A stretch of 12,174 nt of DNA from a virus: the IMG/VR virus record IMGVR_UViG_3300045988_033060, positions 1 through 12,174 of that record. One strand, written 5' to 3'. The position numbers were made by a program, and so were the translations under genes. How positions within the stretch are numbered: position 1 is the stretch's first letter; each line of letters starts with the position of its first letter. Below, piece by piece: positions 5,760 through 12,174 of the stretch. The notes under the pieces were generated by a model, which was not told the DNA's origin, searched no databases, and was given only the letters and a program-made list of their open reading frames with translations.

Positions 5760-6804
5760 CTTTATTTTCTTTTTCTTCTGTTTCTTCTGTTTCTTCTGTT
5801 TCTTCTGTTTCTGTTTCTGGTTCTTCTGTTTCTTCTGTTTCTGTTTCTGTTTCCTCAGTTTCTTGCGTTTCTTCTGTTTCGTTTTCCGTTACAGGGTCAA
5901 CGTCTTCTGTTTCGGTGTGGTCGTGCCCGTCTTCTGTTGCTTTTAGCAACGACAAATAATTTTCGTGTTCGATTTTCCAACTTGACCCCAAAGTTACGGT
6001 TATATCCGTGCCGAACATTTCGTTAACACGTTTCACACCCTCAACACGTTCTGTTAACATTGAATCAACGAACGGCATCAAAGCGTCTATATTCATTGAA
6101 ACTTCTTGCGTGTTCAAACGTTCACGTTTCATATTATAGTTTGCATTCAAACCCAAATCGTTAAACAGGCTAGCTTTGTAGTACTGCAACAGTTCAATTA
6201 ATTGACCGATTTGTTGGTTTCCCTGTGTCGGTGGGGTCTGTAAGTTCACACCTTTGAAAAAGGCATTTTCACCGATAACAGAAAAATCACCGTTCAAAAT
6301 CTTCTGTAAGAATGATTCTGCGCTCTGTTTGGTCTTATCGTCACTTGCAGAAATAAGCATTGTGATTCTAGTTAAAATACTAGCCAAATTAAGCGTTATT
6401 GTTGCATCGGTGTAAAGAACTCCATATTTGCCAATTAACGGCAAAAGTGAATCCGCAAACGGTGTGTTGTTGATAACGACAATATCGGAATCGATTTTGA
6501 ACGTTTTGTTCAAATTTAACCACGGGTTTGCTACAACGTAATCTTTGCCGTGATAATAGGCATCGCATTCTCCACTCCGTGTGCCCTGTAACGCATACAG
6601 ATTCCCGTTTACTTCTGCTATTCCAACGTTACCAGATGTTTGCAGAATCTTTTCAAGTTCAACGGGCGGCATTGTTTCGGGTGTACCCGTATATTCAAAC
6701 ATCTTTGAAGTCATACAAAGAACTCGCTGCATAAACGTGAATAATGCTGCATCTTTGTTTTTAACTTCTGTTTGATACCTGTTATATAAGTTTTCCTTTT
6801 CCAT
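5749..6804 (-). CDS. Portal (upper collar/connector) protein, phi29 gp10-like, with an acidic Thr/Glu-repeat C-terminal tail
   Basis: [28 protein letters not shown] parallels gp10 [47 protein letters not shown] parallels NANLEKKERMVTDEVSSN (from memory). The C-terminus reads ...[37 protein letters not shown]. Confidence 0.85.
   Translation of the reverse strand: [351 protein letters not shown]
5760..5885 (-). repeat. Short tandem repeats (gtttcttct / gtttct units) encoding the E/T-rich portal tail
   Basis: The plus strand reads ttcttctgtttcttctgtttcttctgtttcttctgtttctgtttctgg... This region also produces the artefactual FFCFFC ORF on the plus strand. Confidence 0.9.
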
Positions 6805-6998
6805 TACTTTACAATCGTTTTAATTAAGGTGCAAAGTTCTGTTAACACCTTAGTGTTACTTTGCACGGTTTCGTTCAACTTGTCGGTTTCCTGTTGGTGG
6901 CGTTCGTTCTGTTTCTCCATATAAAAGAAAAGGGCGATACAAACAGCTATAGGAAAACCAACGTTACTGATTAATGATACTATTGCATTTGAGTCCAT
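6804..6998 (-). CDS. Small single-pass membrane protein (64 aa); holin candidate and first gene of the late operon
   Basis: It has one hydrophobic segment (AIVSLISNVGFPIAVCIALFFYM) followed by a charged, helical C-terminus. The GFPIAV-containing N-terminus recalls YvrJ-family small membrane proteins (from memory, unverified). Its stop overlaps the portal start (TAATG). Confidence 0.45.
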   Translation of the reverse strand: MDSNAIVSLISNVGFPIAVCIALFFYMEKQNERHQQETDKLNETVQSNTKVLTELCTLIKTIVK

Positions 6999-7030
6999 AT
7001 AGCAAATTTTAACTTTGTTATTTTATGATG

Positions 7031-7062
7031 CAAAGATAGGAAAATTATCTGGCAACACCAAA
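7031..7062 (-). promoter_or_regulatory. Internal Bacteroidota-type promoter for the structural (late) operon
   Basis: On the minus strand, TTTG (7062-7059) is followed by 20 nt and then TAtcTTTG (7038-7031). The spacing and the -7 box are identical to the ITR promoters. The ATG of the 64-aa gene is at 6998. Confidence 0.65.
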
Positions 7063-7106
7063 TAAACCAGGGGAAAAAGTGTTTCACGTGAAACATTTTT
7101 AACCCC
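7058..7106 (-). terminator. Extended hairpin after the ATPase gene (candidate terminator of the early operon) built around the dyad motif
   Basis: GGGGAAAAAGTGTTTCAC|GTGAAACATTTTTAACCCC (7070-7106) can fold into a stem of about 17 bp with small bulges. On the minus transcript it is followed by UGGUUUAUUUGG. It starts 12 nt after the stop at 7119. Confidence 0.5.
7080..7095. promoter_or_regulatory. Perfect 16-nt palindrome TGTTTCACGTGAAACA (candidate operator or activator site upstream of the late promoter)
   Basis: It has the same core as the six ITR copies but is fully symmetric. Its centre lies about 60 bp upstream of the predicted late TSS. Confidence 0.65.
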
Positions 7107-7118
7107 TGTTAACAGATA

Positions 7119-8258
7119 TTAAGTAATAATGTTACTTCTTGCACTTGCCATCAAGTAATTACGCACAATTTCGCCAATTTCGTTATTCTGATAAAATACC
7201 TTATCTGTGGCAAAATACTTAGTTATCTGTGATTCCACATAACTTGCAGTACTCAACAACTTTCGTTTGTAGTTTGGTTTGCCGTTCATTTGCAACGAAT
7301 ATATCAAACTGTTGTCCGTATCCTTAATAGGGGTTGTTTTGTTGTGAATGTAAATGAAGTTGTTCACCCCAGTTTCTTCGTCTTCCAACTGAATAACGTT
7401 GCCCTGTAAGGTCATTTCGTTAAACTGAATGTAGAATACAAACAACACGTCATTTGGTTTATATTTTACAGGCAAATGAGGATATACAGCGAGTTCCCAT
7501 TTACCGCCCGTAATCATTTGCAGATTTTCGTTATCGAAACAGAAATATTTGTTGCTCGCTTTGTGTTTAACAATCGTGCTACAATATTCTACTGCAACCG
7601 TTGCACCGTGTTCACCGAAACGGTAAATATCAATAGTTCCCTGTTCCATCACTCGCACCTGTTTCAATCCCATTTCTGAGAAATAAGGGCAAAACTGATT
7701 CACCGTATTACCTAACATAAAAACTTTAACATCGTTTCTCTGTCTGATAATTGTACTCAACAGGTTCATATATAACATAAATTCATCGGGCAAATAGTAA
7801 CGTCTTGTTAGGAACTCATCAAAAACTATTGTAGTTATGTTTGGATAACTGCTAGATTTTTCGTGTTCCTGTTCTGAAAGACAAAACCCGAAACAGAACG
7901 GTGTGTTATCGGGTACACGCTTTTTGGTTTCGGGGTCATAAGACGAAAGAAACCATTTACCCGAAATATAAAAGACTTCGTTAAACTTACCGCCTGTTAA
8001 TTCCTGTATCACGCCATTTGCAACGTGATTTGCAAACAAACTTTCGGCACGTTTGCCCCTCAAGTCTTCACGCCATCTACGAATATACGCCATTTGCTTT
8101 CCTGTGCGCAAATATTCTTTGATACCGTACAATAACGTTGCATACGTTTTACCGTTTGAACGTTCACCGAAAATAACGTTGTAATCTGCATTCTTTGATA
8201 AAATGCGATTCAACGTGTAAAATTTCGGTGTTTCTACCTTTTCTTTCTTCTGTTTCAT
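7119..8258 (-). CDS. DNA packaging (encapsidation) ATPase, phi29 gp16-like
   Basis: Walker A FGERSNGKTYA parallels gp16 IGARGIGKSYA. GKQMAYIRRW parallels GEQFIYVRRY. Walker B YPNITTIVFDEFLTR parallels YPNVSTIVFDEFIRE. Confidence 0.9.
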   Translation of the reverse strand: MKQKKEKVETPKFYTLNRILSKNADYNVIFGERSNGKTYATLLYGIKEYLRTGKQMAYIRRWREDLRGKRAESLFANHVANGVIQELTGGKFNEVFYISGKWFLSSYDPETKKRVPDNTPFCFGFCLSEQEHEKSSSYPNITTIVFDEFLTRRYYLPDEFMLYMNLLSTIIRQRNDVKVFMLGNTVNQFCPYFSEMGLKQVRVMEQGTIDIYRFGEHGATVAVEYCSTIVKHKASNKYFCFDNENLQMITGGKWELAVYPHLPVKYKPNDVLFVFYIQFNEMTLQGNVIQLEDEETGVNNFIYIHNKTTPIKDTDNSLIYSLQMNGKPNYKRKLLSTASYVESQITKYFATDKVFYQNNEIGEIVRNYLMASARSNIIT

Positions 8259-8262
8259 ATTA

Positions 8263-10467
8263 TTATTTCTTTAATCTGATTCCCATTAAATAATTAATAT
8301 AAAGAACTGAAAGACTTAAAGTGTACCCCGTTGGTTCTAAGTGAACACCCGTTAACGTGTCGTAACTTGAAACAGTACCTTTGTAATCTTTTATAGTTCC
8401 TGTCTGCTCATAATCAATATACGTGTGTATGTTCTTACCTGTTGCCGATGGTGGTATATCCAGGTAATTTGTGAATGCATCAAAGATTCCACTTTCACCA
8501 AACGTTTCTAGCATATACGGGATAGCCGATTTTTTGTTAACGCCCGAAACGGTAATTGAGTAATCGTAATCTTTGCCGTTTACTGTAAGGGCGTTTTCTT
8601 CTTGTACCATATAGCGTTTTGCACCTAGAGTTTTGAAACGGGTGTAACGCCCCTCATAATCCCAAACACCCAACGGTTTTGCGATTCCCTTTATCGTGAC
8701 GGGTTCAACCTTTTCAAAGGGTATTTTGTGAAACTTACAGGCGGCACGCAATTTCTGTTGTGCTAAATCGTTGTACGCTTTGAAATATTCTTTGTGGGCA
8801 TCACCGTTCATAATTTTAACGGAATCGGTATCACTGTATATGTAATCGTCACCACATTCCGAAATACCCGTGAAAAGATTTCTACGGGCATAAGCGGTAA
8901 CATAAATACCCCACGGGTAAAACAAAAAGCGGTTTTTGCTATCATTGTATTTATTCAACATTTCTAACTGCTTTTCGCCTGTAAGGTGTTCAATATCCCA
9001 CGTTTCACCGTCACACAAAATTTCATCACGCAACGGGTTTGTAACACACATACCGTAACAACTGTTTAGCATTTCTTTGCTATTTAAATACTCAACCTCT
9101 TTGCCCTTTACACCCTTTAGTTTTGTTTTCATTTCATACAGGTGCAAAATAGATTCTACAAATTCAGTTGGCAAATATTCTTTTCTGTAACAAATCATTT
9201 GCCCAATTCGTATTTGTTCCCACGTGTAAAACTGTGAAAACACTTTGTAATCTATTTCGGTAATGGTCATACATATTTTCTTTGCACAAACCAATCGCCC
9301 GTTATTCTCAGAAACGTTTTCTTTCACGAAACATTTACTAACAGAAATCGGATTCTCGTTTTCTGATTTCGCAAATATGTTTGTTATCTCTACATCGAAC
9401 ACGCAACAAAATTTGCTAATCATAAACTCAAATTGCTTCATTGACTTTATAGGTACAATAACACCTGTGCTCATCGGAAACCTTTCTGAAACCATCACAT
9501 AAGGGTAACTGCTGGTAAAATCGTAACTGTCAACGTTTTCAATTACTTCATCGGTGTATTTTGCATTTGCGTGCGTAAAACCGCCTGAAAACGCCCGTTG
9601 TAACATCGCAAATTCTTCCATACCTGTTATATTTAAGTTGTGAATCTTATCAATATATTTAAAGTTTGGAATTGTTTTGCCTGTTTCGTCAGTTGTTTTA
9701 AAACAAACAGAACGGCAATATTTACGAACAAACCCCGTTTTTGTAATCGGCAAACGTGTTATTCCTTTGTAACGTTCCAATAGTTCCTGGATGTAGCACA
9801 TCACCACTTTTATATCATTCAGACAGTAACCGATTTCTTTTTGTGTTAACGGGGTTTTACTGTGACGTAACAAACTATAATCCAAATCACCAACTAACTT
9901 TTCACATTTGTAGATGTGTAATTGTTCGCCTAATTTCGCCAACGAATAACCCGATAATAAGTAACTGCATCGGAACTCTAAACCCGTTTTTGTTATTCCG
10001 TAAATTGGTTTTCGTAAATCAATAGAGAAAACTTTTTCCCATTCCAACAACTCACGGAAAAATTGGAACTCATAAGCCAAATTGTGAACATATATAATAA
10101 TTCGTTTCTTTGGGCAAAGTTCTAATATATCCACTATACTGGATAACATTTGCAAAAATTCTTCCCACGTTCGCCCCATTATGCAAAAACCGTTTATTCC
10201 AAATTGCCAAACATACATTAAAGAACACTTTTCCATTTTAGTTTCTTTACCGCCTAATTTCATATAGCGTTCGTAACTGTATGTTTCCCCGTATTCATCA
10301 CGGTAAAATGATGTAGTTTCAATATCGAAAGATACAGGAACATTCAAGAACTTTTCGCCCTTATTGTTTCCTGTAAAATTCTTTTCGTTAACAGCCAAAG
10401 ATAAAACCTTTGCAATATCTTTAGGCGTGTAAACTTCTGTATGTAGTTCAAAGGGTATTTTCTTCAT
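8263..10467 (-). CDS. Family B DNA polymerase, protein-primed type
   Basis: Exonuclease motifs: ExoI FDIETT, ExoII HNLAYEFQF, ExoIII YCLNDIKVV. Polymerase motifs: A DSYDFTSSYPY, B KEMLNSCYGM, C YSDTDSV, plus KxY in GAKRYM. The gene sits in a linear ITR genome directly downstream of the candidate terminal-protein gene. Confidence 0.95.
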   Translation of the reverse strand: MKKIPFELHTEVYTPKDIAKVLSLAVNEKNFTGNNKGEKFLNVPVSFDIETTSFYRDEYGETYSYERYMKLGGKETKMEKCSLMYVWQFGINGFCIMGRTWEEFLQMLSSIVDILELCPKKRIIIYVHNLAYEFQFFRELLEWEKVFSIDLRKPIYGITKTGLEFRCSYLLSGYSLAKLGEQLHIYKCEKLVGDLDYSLLRHSKTPLTQKEIGYCLNDIKVVMCYIQELLERYKGITRLPITKTGFVRKYCRSVCFKTTDETGKTIPNFKYIDKIHNLNITGMEEFAMLQRAFSGGFTHANAKYTDEVIENVDSYDFTSSYPYVMVSERFPMSTGVIVPIKSMKQFEFMISKFCCVFDVEITNIFAKSENENPISVSKCFVKENVSENNGRLVCAKKICMTITEIDYKVFSQFYTWEQIRIGQMICYRKEYLPTEFVESILHLYEMKTKLKGVKGKEVEYLNSKEMLNSCYGMCVTNPLRDEILCDGETWDIEHLTGEKQLEMLNKYNDSKNRFLFYPWGIYVTAYARRNLFTGISECGDDYIYSDTDSVKIMNGDAHKEYFKAYNDLAQQKLRAACKFHKIPFEKVEPVTIKGIAKPLGVWDYEGRYTRFKTLGAKRYMVQEENALTVNGKDYDYSITVSGVNKKSAIPYMLETFGESGIFDAFTNYLDIPPSATGKNIHTYIDYEQTGTIKDYKGTVSSYDTLTGVHLEPTGYTLSLSVLYINYLMGIRLKK

Positions 10468-11129
10468 TATAAGCCAAATTTTATAAAACTTTTTAGAATC
10501 TTTGCGAGTGTATCATCTAACAAACCTCTTATTCGTTCCTGTTCTTCTTCGATGGCTTCAGCCTGTTCGTTCAAATCGTCTTGCAACGAATCTGCTATTT
10601 TTATTGCATCACTTTCGATTTGGTCGGAAACGTCTTTACTCTCTTGTTCAAGTTCACCTGTAAAATCTTTGTACTGCATTAAATACTGTTCCAAAAACCT
10701 TTCATCTGAAACACTTGCAATTTTACCCATCAATTTATTTTGCATCAAACTAAATTCATCGTCATTTAGTTCGTATGTATCCTTCAGGTGCTGTGCATAT
10801 TCTTTTGTACCCGTTGCACTTGATGTTGGCTGTTGCAAAAACGCCACCGCTTTTGCATATTCGATTTTTAAATCATTCCAATCGTGTTTCATTGAAAATT
10901 TTGTGAACCCTTTTATATCACCCTTATTAAGAGCAACAACGGCTGGCGAAACAATACCCGAATTTTCAACATTTTGAATGCGTCTGTTTGCCTGTTGAAA
11001 AGTTCGTGCAATTTCTTTTCGTAAAACAGGGTCTGATTCTAAAGCGGTTAAAATCTCACTTTTTACGTGAATTTTACCAGTAAATGAAAAGGTTCTTTTG
11101 CTAAAACCAATAGGATTCCTTTTTGCCAT
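10467..11129 (-). CDS. Candidate terminal protein (220 aa)
   Basis: It lies immediately upstream of the polymerase and is translationally coupled to it (TAATG overlap at 10467), as in phi29 genes 3 and 2. The N-terminus is basic (MAKRNPIGFSKR..., RKEIARTFQQANRRIQN). The C-terminal half is strongly acidic (ELEQESKDVSDQIESD...EEEQE) and ends KFGL, compared with phi29 TP ...KGF. Confidence 0.5.
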   Translation of the reverse strand: MAKRNPIGFSKRTFSFTGKIHVKSEILTALESDPVLRKEIARTFQQANRRIQNVENSGIVSPAVVALNKGDIKGFTKFSMKHDWNDLKIEYAKAVAFLQQPTSSATGTKEYAQHLKDTYELNDDEFSLMQNKLMGKIASVSDERFLEQYLMQYKDFTGELEQESKDVSDQIESDAIKIADSLQDDLNEQAEAIEEEQERIRGLLDDTLAKILKSFIKFGL

Positions 11130-11148
11130 AACTTACTAAATTTAAAAT

Positions 11149-11196
11149 GAAACAAAAACGGGGGCAACAATAAACAAAGTTACTGTTTACCCCCGT
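11149..11196 (-). terminator. Intrinsic terminator or attenuator between the 121-aa gene and the terminal-protein gene
   Basis: cggggg (11159-11164) pairs with cccccg (11190-11195). There is an inner taaaca/tgttta stem. On the minus transcript the hairpin is followed by UUUUUGUUU. Confidence 0.6.
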
Positions 11197-11224
11197 GACG
11201 TTATCCACCCTTTACCCTACGAAA

Positions 11225-11590
11225 CTACTTATCTACAAAGGTAATACCGTAACACTTTTTGGCGTGCGATTCATATTCGTAAATTGTGTAACCGACTTTG
11301 TTGGCTTTGATAGCGTCCACCGCATCACTATTTGCGAGAATCTCTCTAACTGTGTCACCTGTGAACTGTGGTAAGTTAACTAATCGCTTGTTTTCTGCGT
11401 CAATGATTACAGGTGAATCGCCCAACTGCGATTTGTGAACGTACATACCATTAATAGGGTGTACTACATCACCGCCACCATCTTTCTCATCGTTGTAAAT
11501 ATCGGTCAACTTTACAAACGGAAAATCGGTCGTATCAATACCGAAACTAGTCTTATTGAAAGTACTAGCGAAACTAAAACCTTTAGCCAT
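11225..11590 (-). CDS. Early protein (121 aa); possible abundant DNA-binding or SSB-type replication accessory protein (positional guess only)
   Basis: The ORF is clean, lies upstream of the TP-Pol pair and is followed by an attenuator. Its size and position resemble phi29 p5/p6. No motif recognised. Confidence 0.3.
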   Translation of the reverse strand: MAKGFSFASTFNKTSFGIDTTDFPFVKLTDIYNDEKDGGGDVVHPINGMYVHKSQLGDSPVIIDAENKRLVNLPQFTGDTVREILANSDAVDAIKANKVGYTIYEYESHAKKCYGITFVDK

Positions 11591-11637
11591 AACTTTACAC
11601 TTTTAAAACGTTAAACTTCTGTTGTCTGTGAACGGGG

Positions 11638-11805
11638 TTACTTTACCTCATTCACCCCGTTAGCTGCTGCAAACTCGTTCAACCACTTCTTAAAACGGTT
11701 CAACTTGATAACCGCCTTATCATCTTTTGCGACTTCATCTGAAGTCATAAGAGCGTTAACACTAGTAATACAGTTGAAAACAGTTTCATTAAAAATCTCA
11801 TTCAT
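11638..11805 (-). CDS. Small hypothetical protein (55 aa), first ORF of the right arm (below the ORF-track cutoff)
   Basis: My hand translation gives MNEIFNETVFNCITSVNALMTSDEVAKDDKAVIKLNRFKKWLNEFAAANGVNEVK*. Its ATG sits at the position homologous to the left-arm ATG at 364, behind a related 5' leader. Confidence 0.45.
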   Translation of the reverse strand: MNEIFNETVFNCITSVNALMTSDEVAKDDKAVIKLNRFKKWLNEFAAANGVNEVK

Positions 11806-11857
11806 AATTTTACCTAATTTAAATTGTTAAACTTATATTGTTTCTTAAAACACGGTG

Positions 11858-11889
11858 CAAAGATACCACGTTTTTGCGAACCAACCAAA
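11858..11889 (-). promoter_or_regulatory. Bacteroidota-type promoter inside the right ITR, driving the replication/packaging operon
   Basis: It is the mirror copy of 286-317. On the minus strand, TTTG (11889-11886) is followed by 20 nt and then TAtcTTTG (11865-11858). Confidence 0.65.
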
Positions 11890-11944
11890 TTATTTTCGTT
11901 AAAAAGTCTTAAAGAAATAAATTAACTGTTGTTAACACCTGCAA

Positions 11945-12025
11945 TGTTCCACGTGAAACATTTATAACATACCCCTCATTTGTTCCACGTGAAACAATCA
12001 CTTTGCCACCGTTCCACGTGAAACA
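11945..12025 (-). promoter_or_regulatory. Array of three copies of the dyad motif in the right ITR
   Basis: GTTCCACGTGAAAC occurs at 11946-11959, 11982-11995 and 12011-12024, the reverse complements of the left-ITR copies. Confidence 0.7.
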
Positions 12026-12174
12026 TTATTTTTATGAAAGTTTAACAAAAGTTGCGGTGTGCTAAATATGTTAAAGAATCGTAAATGTGGCATAGCAAAA
12101 AACGTGCCAAAGTGTGTTAGCATCTGTTAAATATGTGTTGGGAAATGTTAAATCTGCGTGCTTTGTGTACCTTT

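Larger units (their letters stand above)
1..12174. mobile_element. Complete linear dsDNA genome of a small phi29-like (protein-primed, podovirus-type) phage bounded by inverted terminal repeats
   Basis: Perfect ITRs reach both window ends. The window holds a protein-primed PolB, a candidate terminal protein, a gp16-like ATPase, a gp10-like portal, a gp8-like capsid protein, tail-knob-like proteins and an endolysin. No integrase, transposase, tRNA or flanking host genes are present. Confidence 0.85.
11852..12174. repeat. Right inverted terminal repeat (323 bp, perfect)
   Basis: Reverse complement of 1-323. The window ends ...GTGTACCTTT-3'. Confidence 0.97.

Noticed and set aside
5560-5946. 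128-aa plus-strand ORF with FFCFFCFF repeats
   Set aside because: It is the antisense reading of the portal E/T repeat and of the 5' end of the 189-aa gene. It is a low-complexity artefact in a region fully occupied by well-supported minus-strand genes.
10552-10977. 141-aa plus-strand ORF, and similar 60-100-aa ORFs at 2015-2206, 2761-2952, 4190-4521, 4793-5024, 5235-5523, 6528-6775, 7476-7679, 9263-9502 and 9756-10025
   Set aside because: All lie wholly inside larger ORFs with recognisable protein motifs, either antisense or in another frame. They are Ser/Cys/Phe-rich shadow frames with no independent start context.
11631-11661. 8-bp stem (aacggggt / accccgtt) across the stop codon of the 55-aa ORF
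   Set aside because: The loop is 15 nt and no U-tract follows on the minus transcript, so it is not convincing as a terminator. It might still affect mRNA stability or translational coupling, but the sequence alone does not support a call.
1-12174. Alternative identities: a transposon or casposon/pipolin-type PolB element, a linear plasmid, or an integrated prophage with terminal inverted repeats
   Set aside because: No transposase, integrase, Cas1 or plasmid partition genes are present, and no host flanks or target-site duplications are visible. A capsid, a portal, a packaging ATPase, tail proteins and a lysin are present, which points to an autonomous virion-forming phage genome.
1-12174. 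CRISPR arrays, tRNA/rRNA genes, and defence or anti-defence cassettes
   Set aside because: I see no spaced direct-repeat array, no cloverleaf-like tRNA candidate in the few non-coding stretches, and no recognisable nuclease, methylase or toxin motifs in the small ORFs.

Overview
This window appears to be a complete linear replicon, not a chromosomal fragment. Bases 1-323 are the exact reverse complement of 11852-12174, so perfect 323-bp inverted terminal repeats (ITRs) reach both ends. Between them lies the full core gene set of a phi29-like, protein-primed podovirus, packed into 12.2 kb and about 16 genes.

The long minus-strand arm is read from the right ITR:
- a 55-aa ORF
- a 121-aa early protein
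- a candidate terminal protein
- a family-B protein-primed DNA polymerase
- a gp16-type packaging ATPase
- a terminator/palindrome and an internal promoter
- a small membrane protein
- a portal
- a 189-aa structural protein
- a phi29 gp8-like major capsid protein
- two tail-knob-like proteins

The short plus-strand arm (364-1626) is read from the left ITR. It carries three orphan small ORFs and an M15-family peptidoglycan peptidase. The two arms converge on a bidirectional terminator at 1629-1660.

Expression signals look Bacteroidota-type. There are three TTTG-N20-TAtcTTTG promoters and no Shine-Dalgarno sequences. That host range would be unusual for this phage lineage.

The most distinctive non-coding signal is a 16-nt dyad, TGTTTCACGTGRAACA. 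It occurs three times in each ITR and once as a perfect palindrome just upstream of the internal (late) promoter.

All homology statements rest on motif recognition and remembered phi29 protein sequences. No searches were run.
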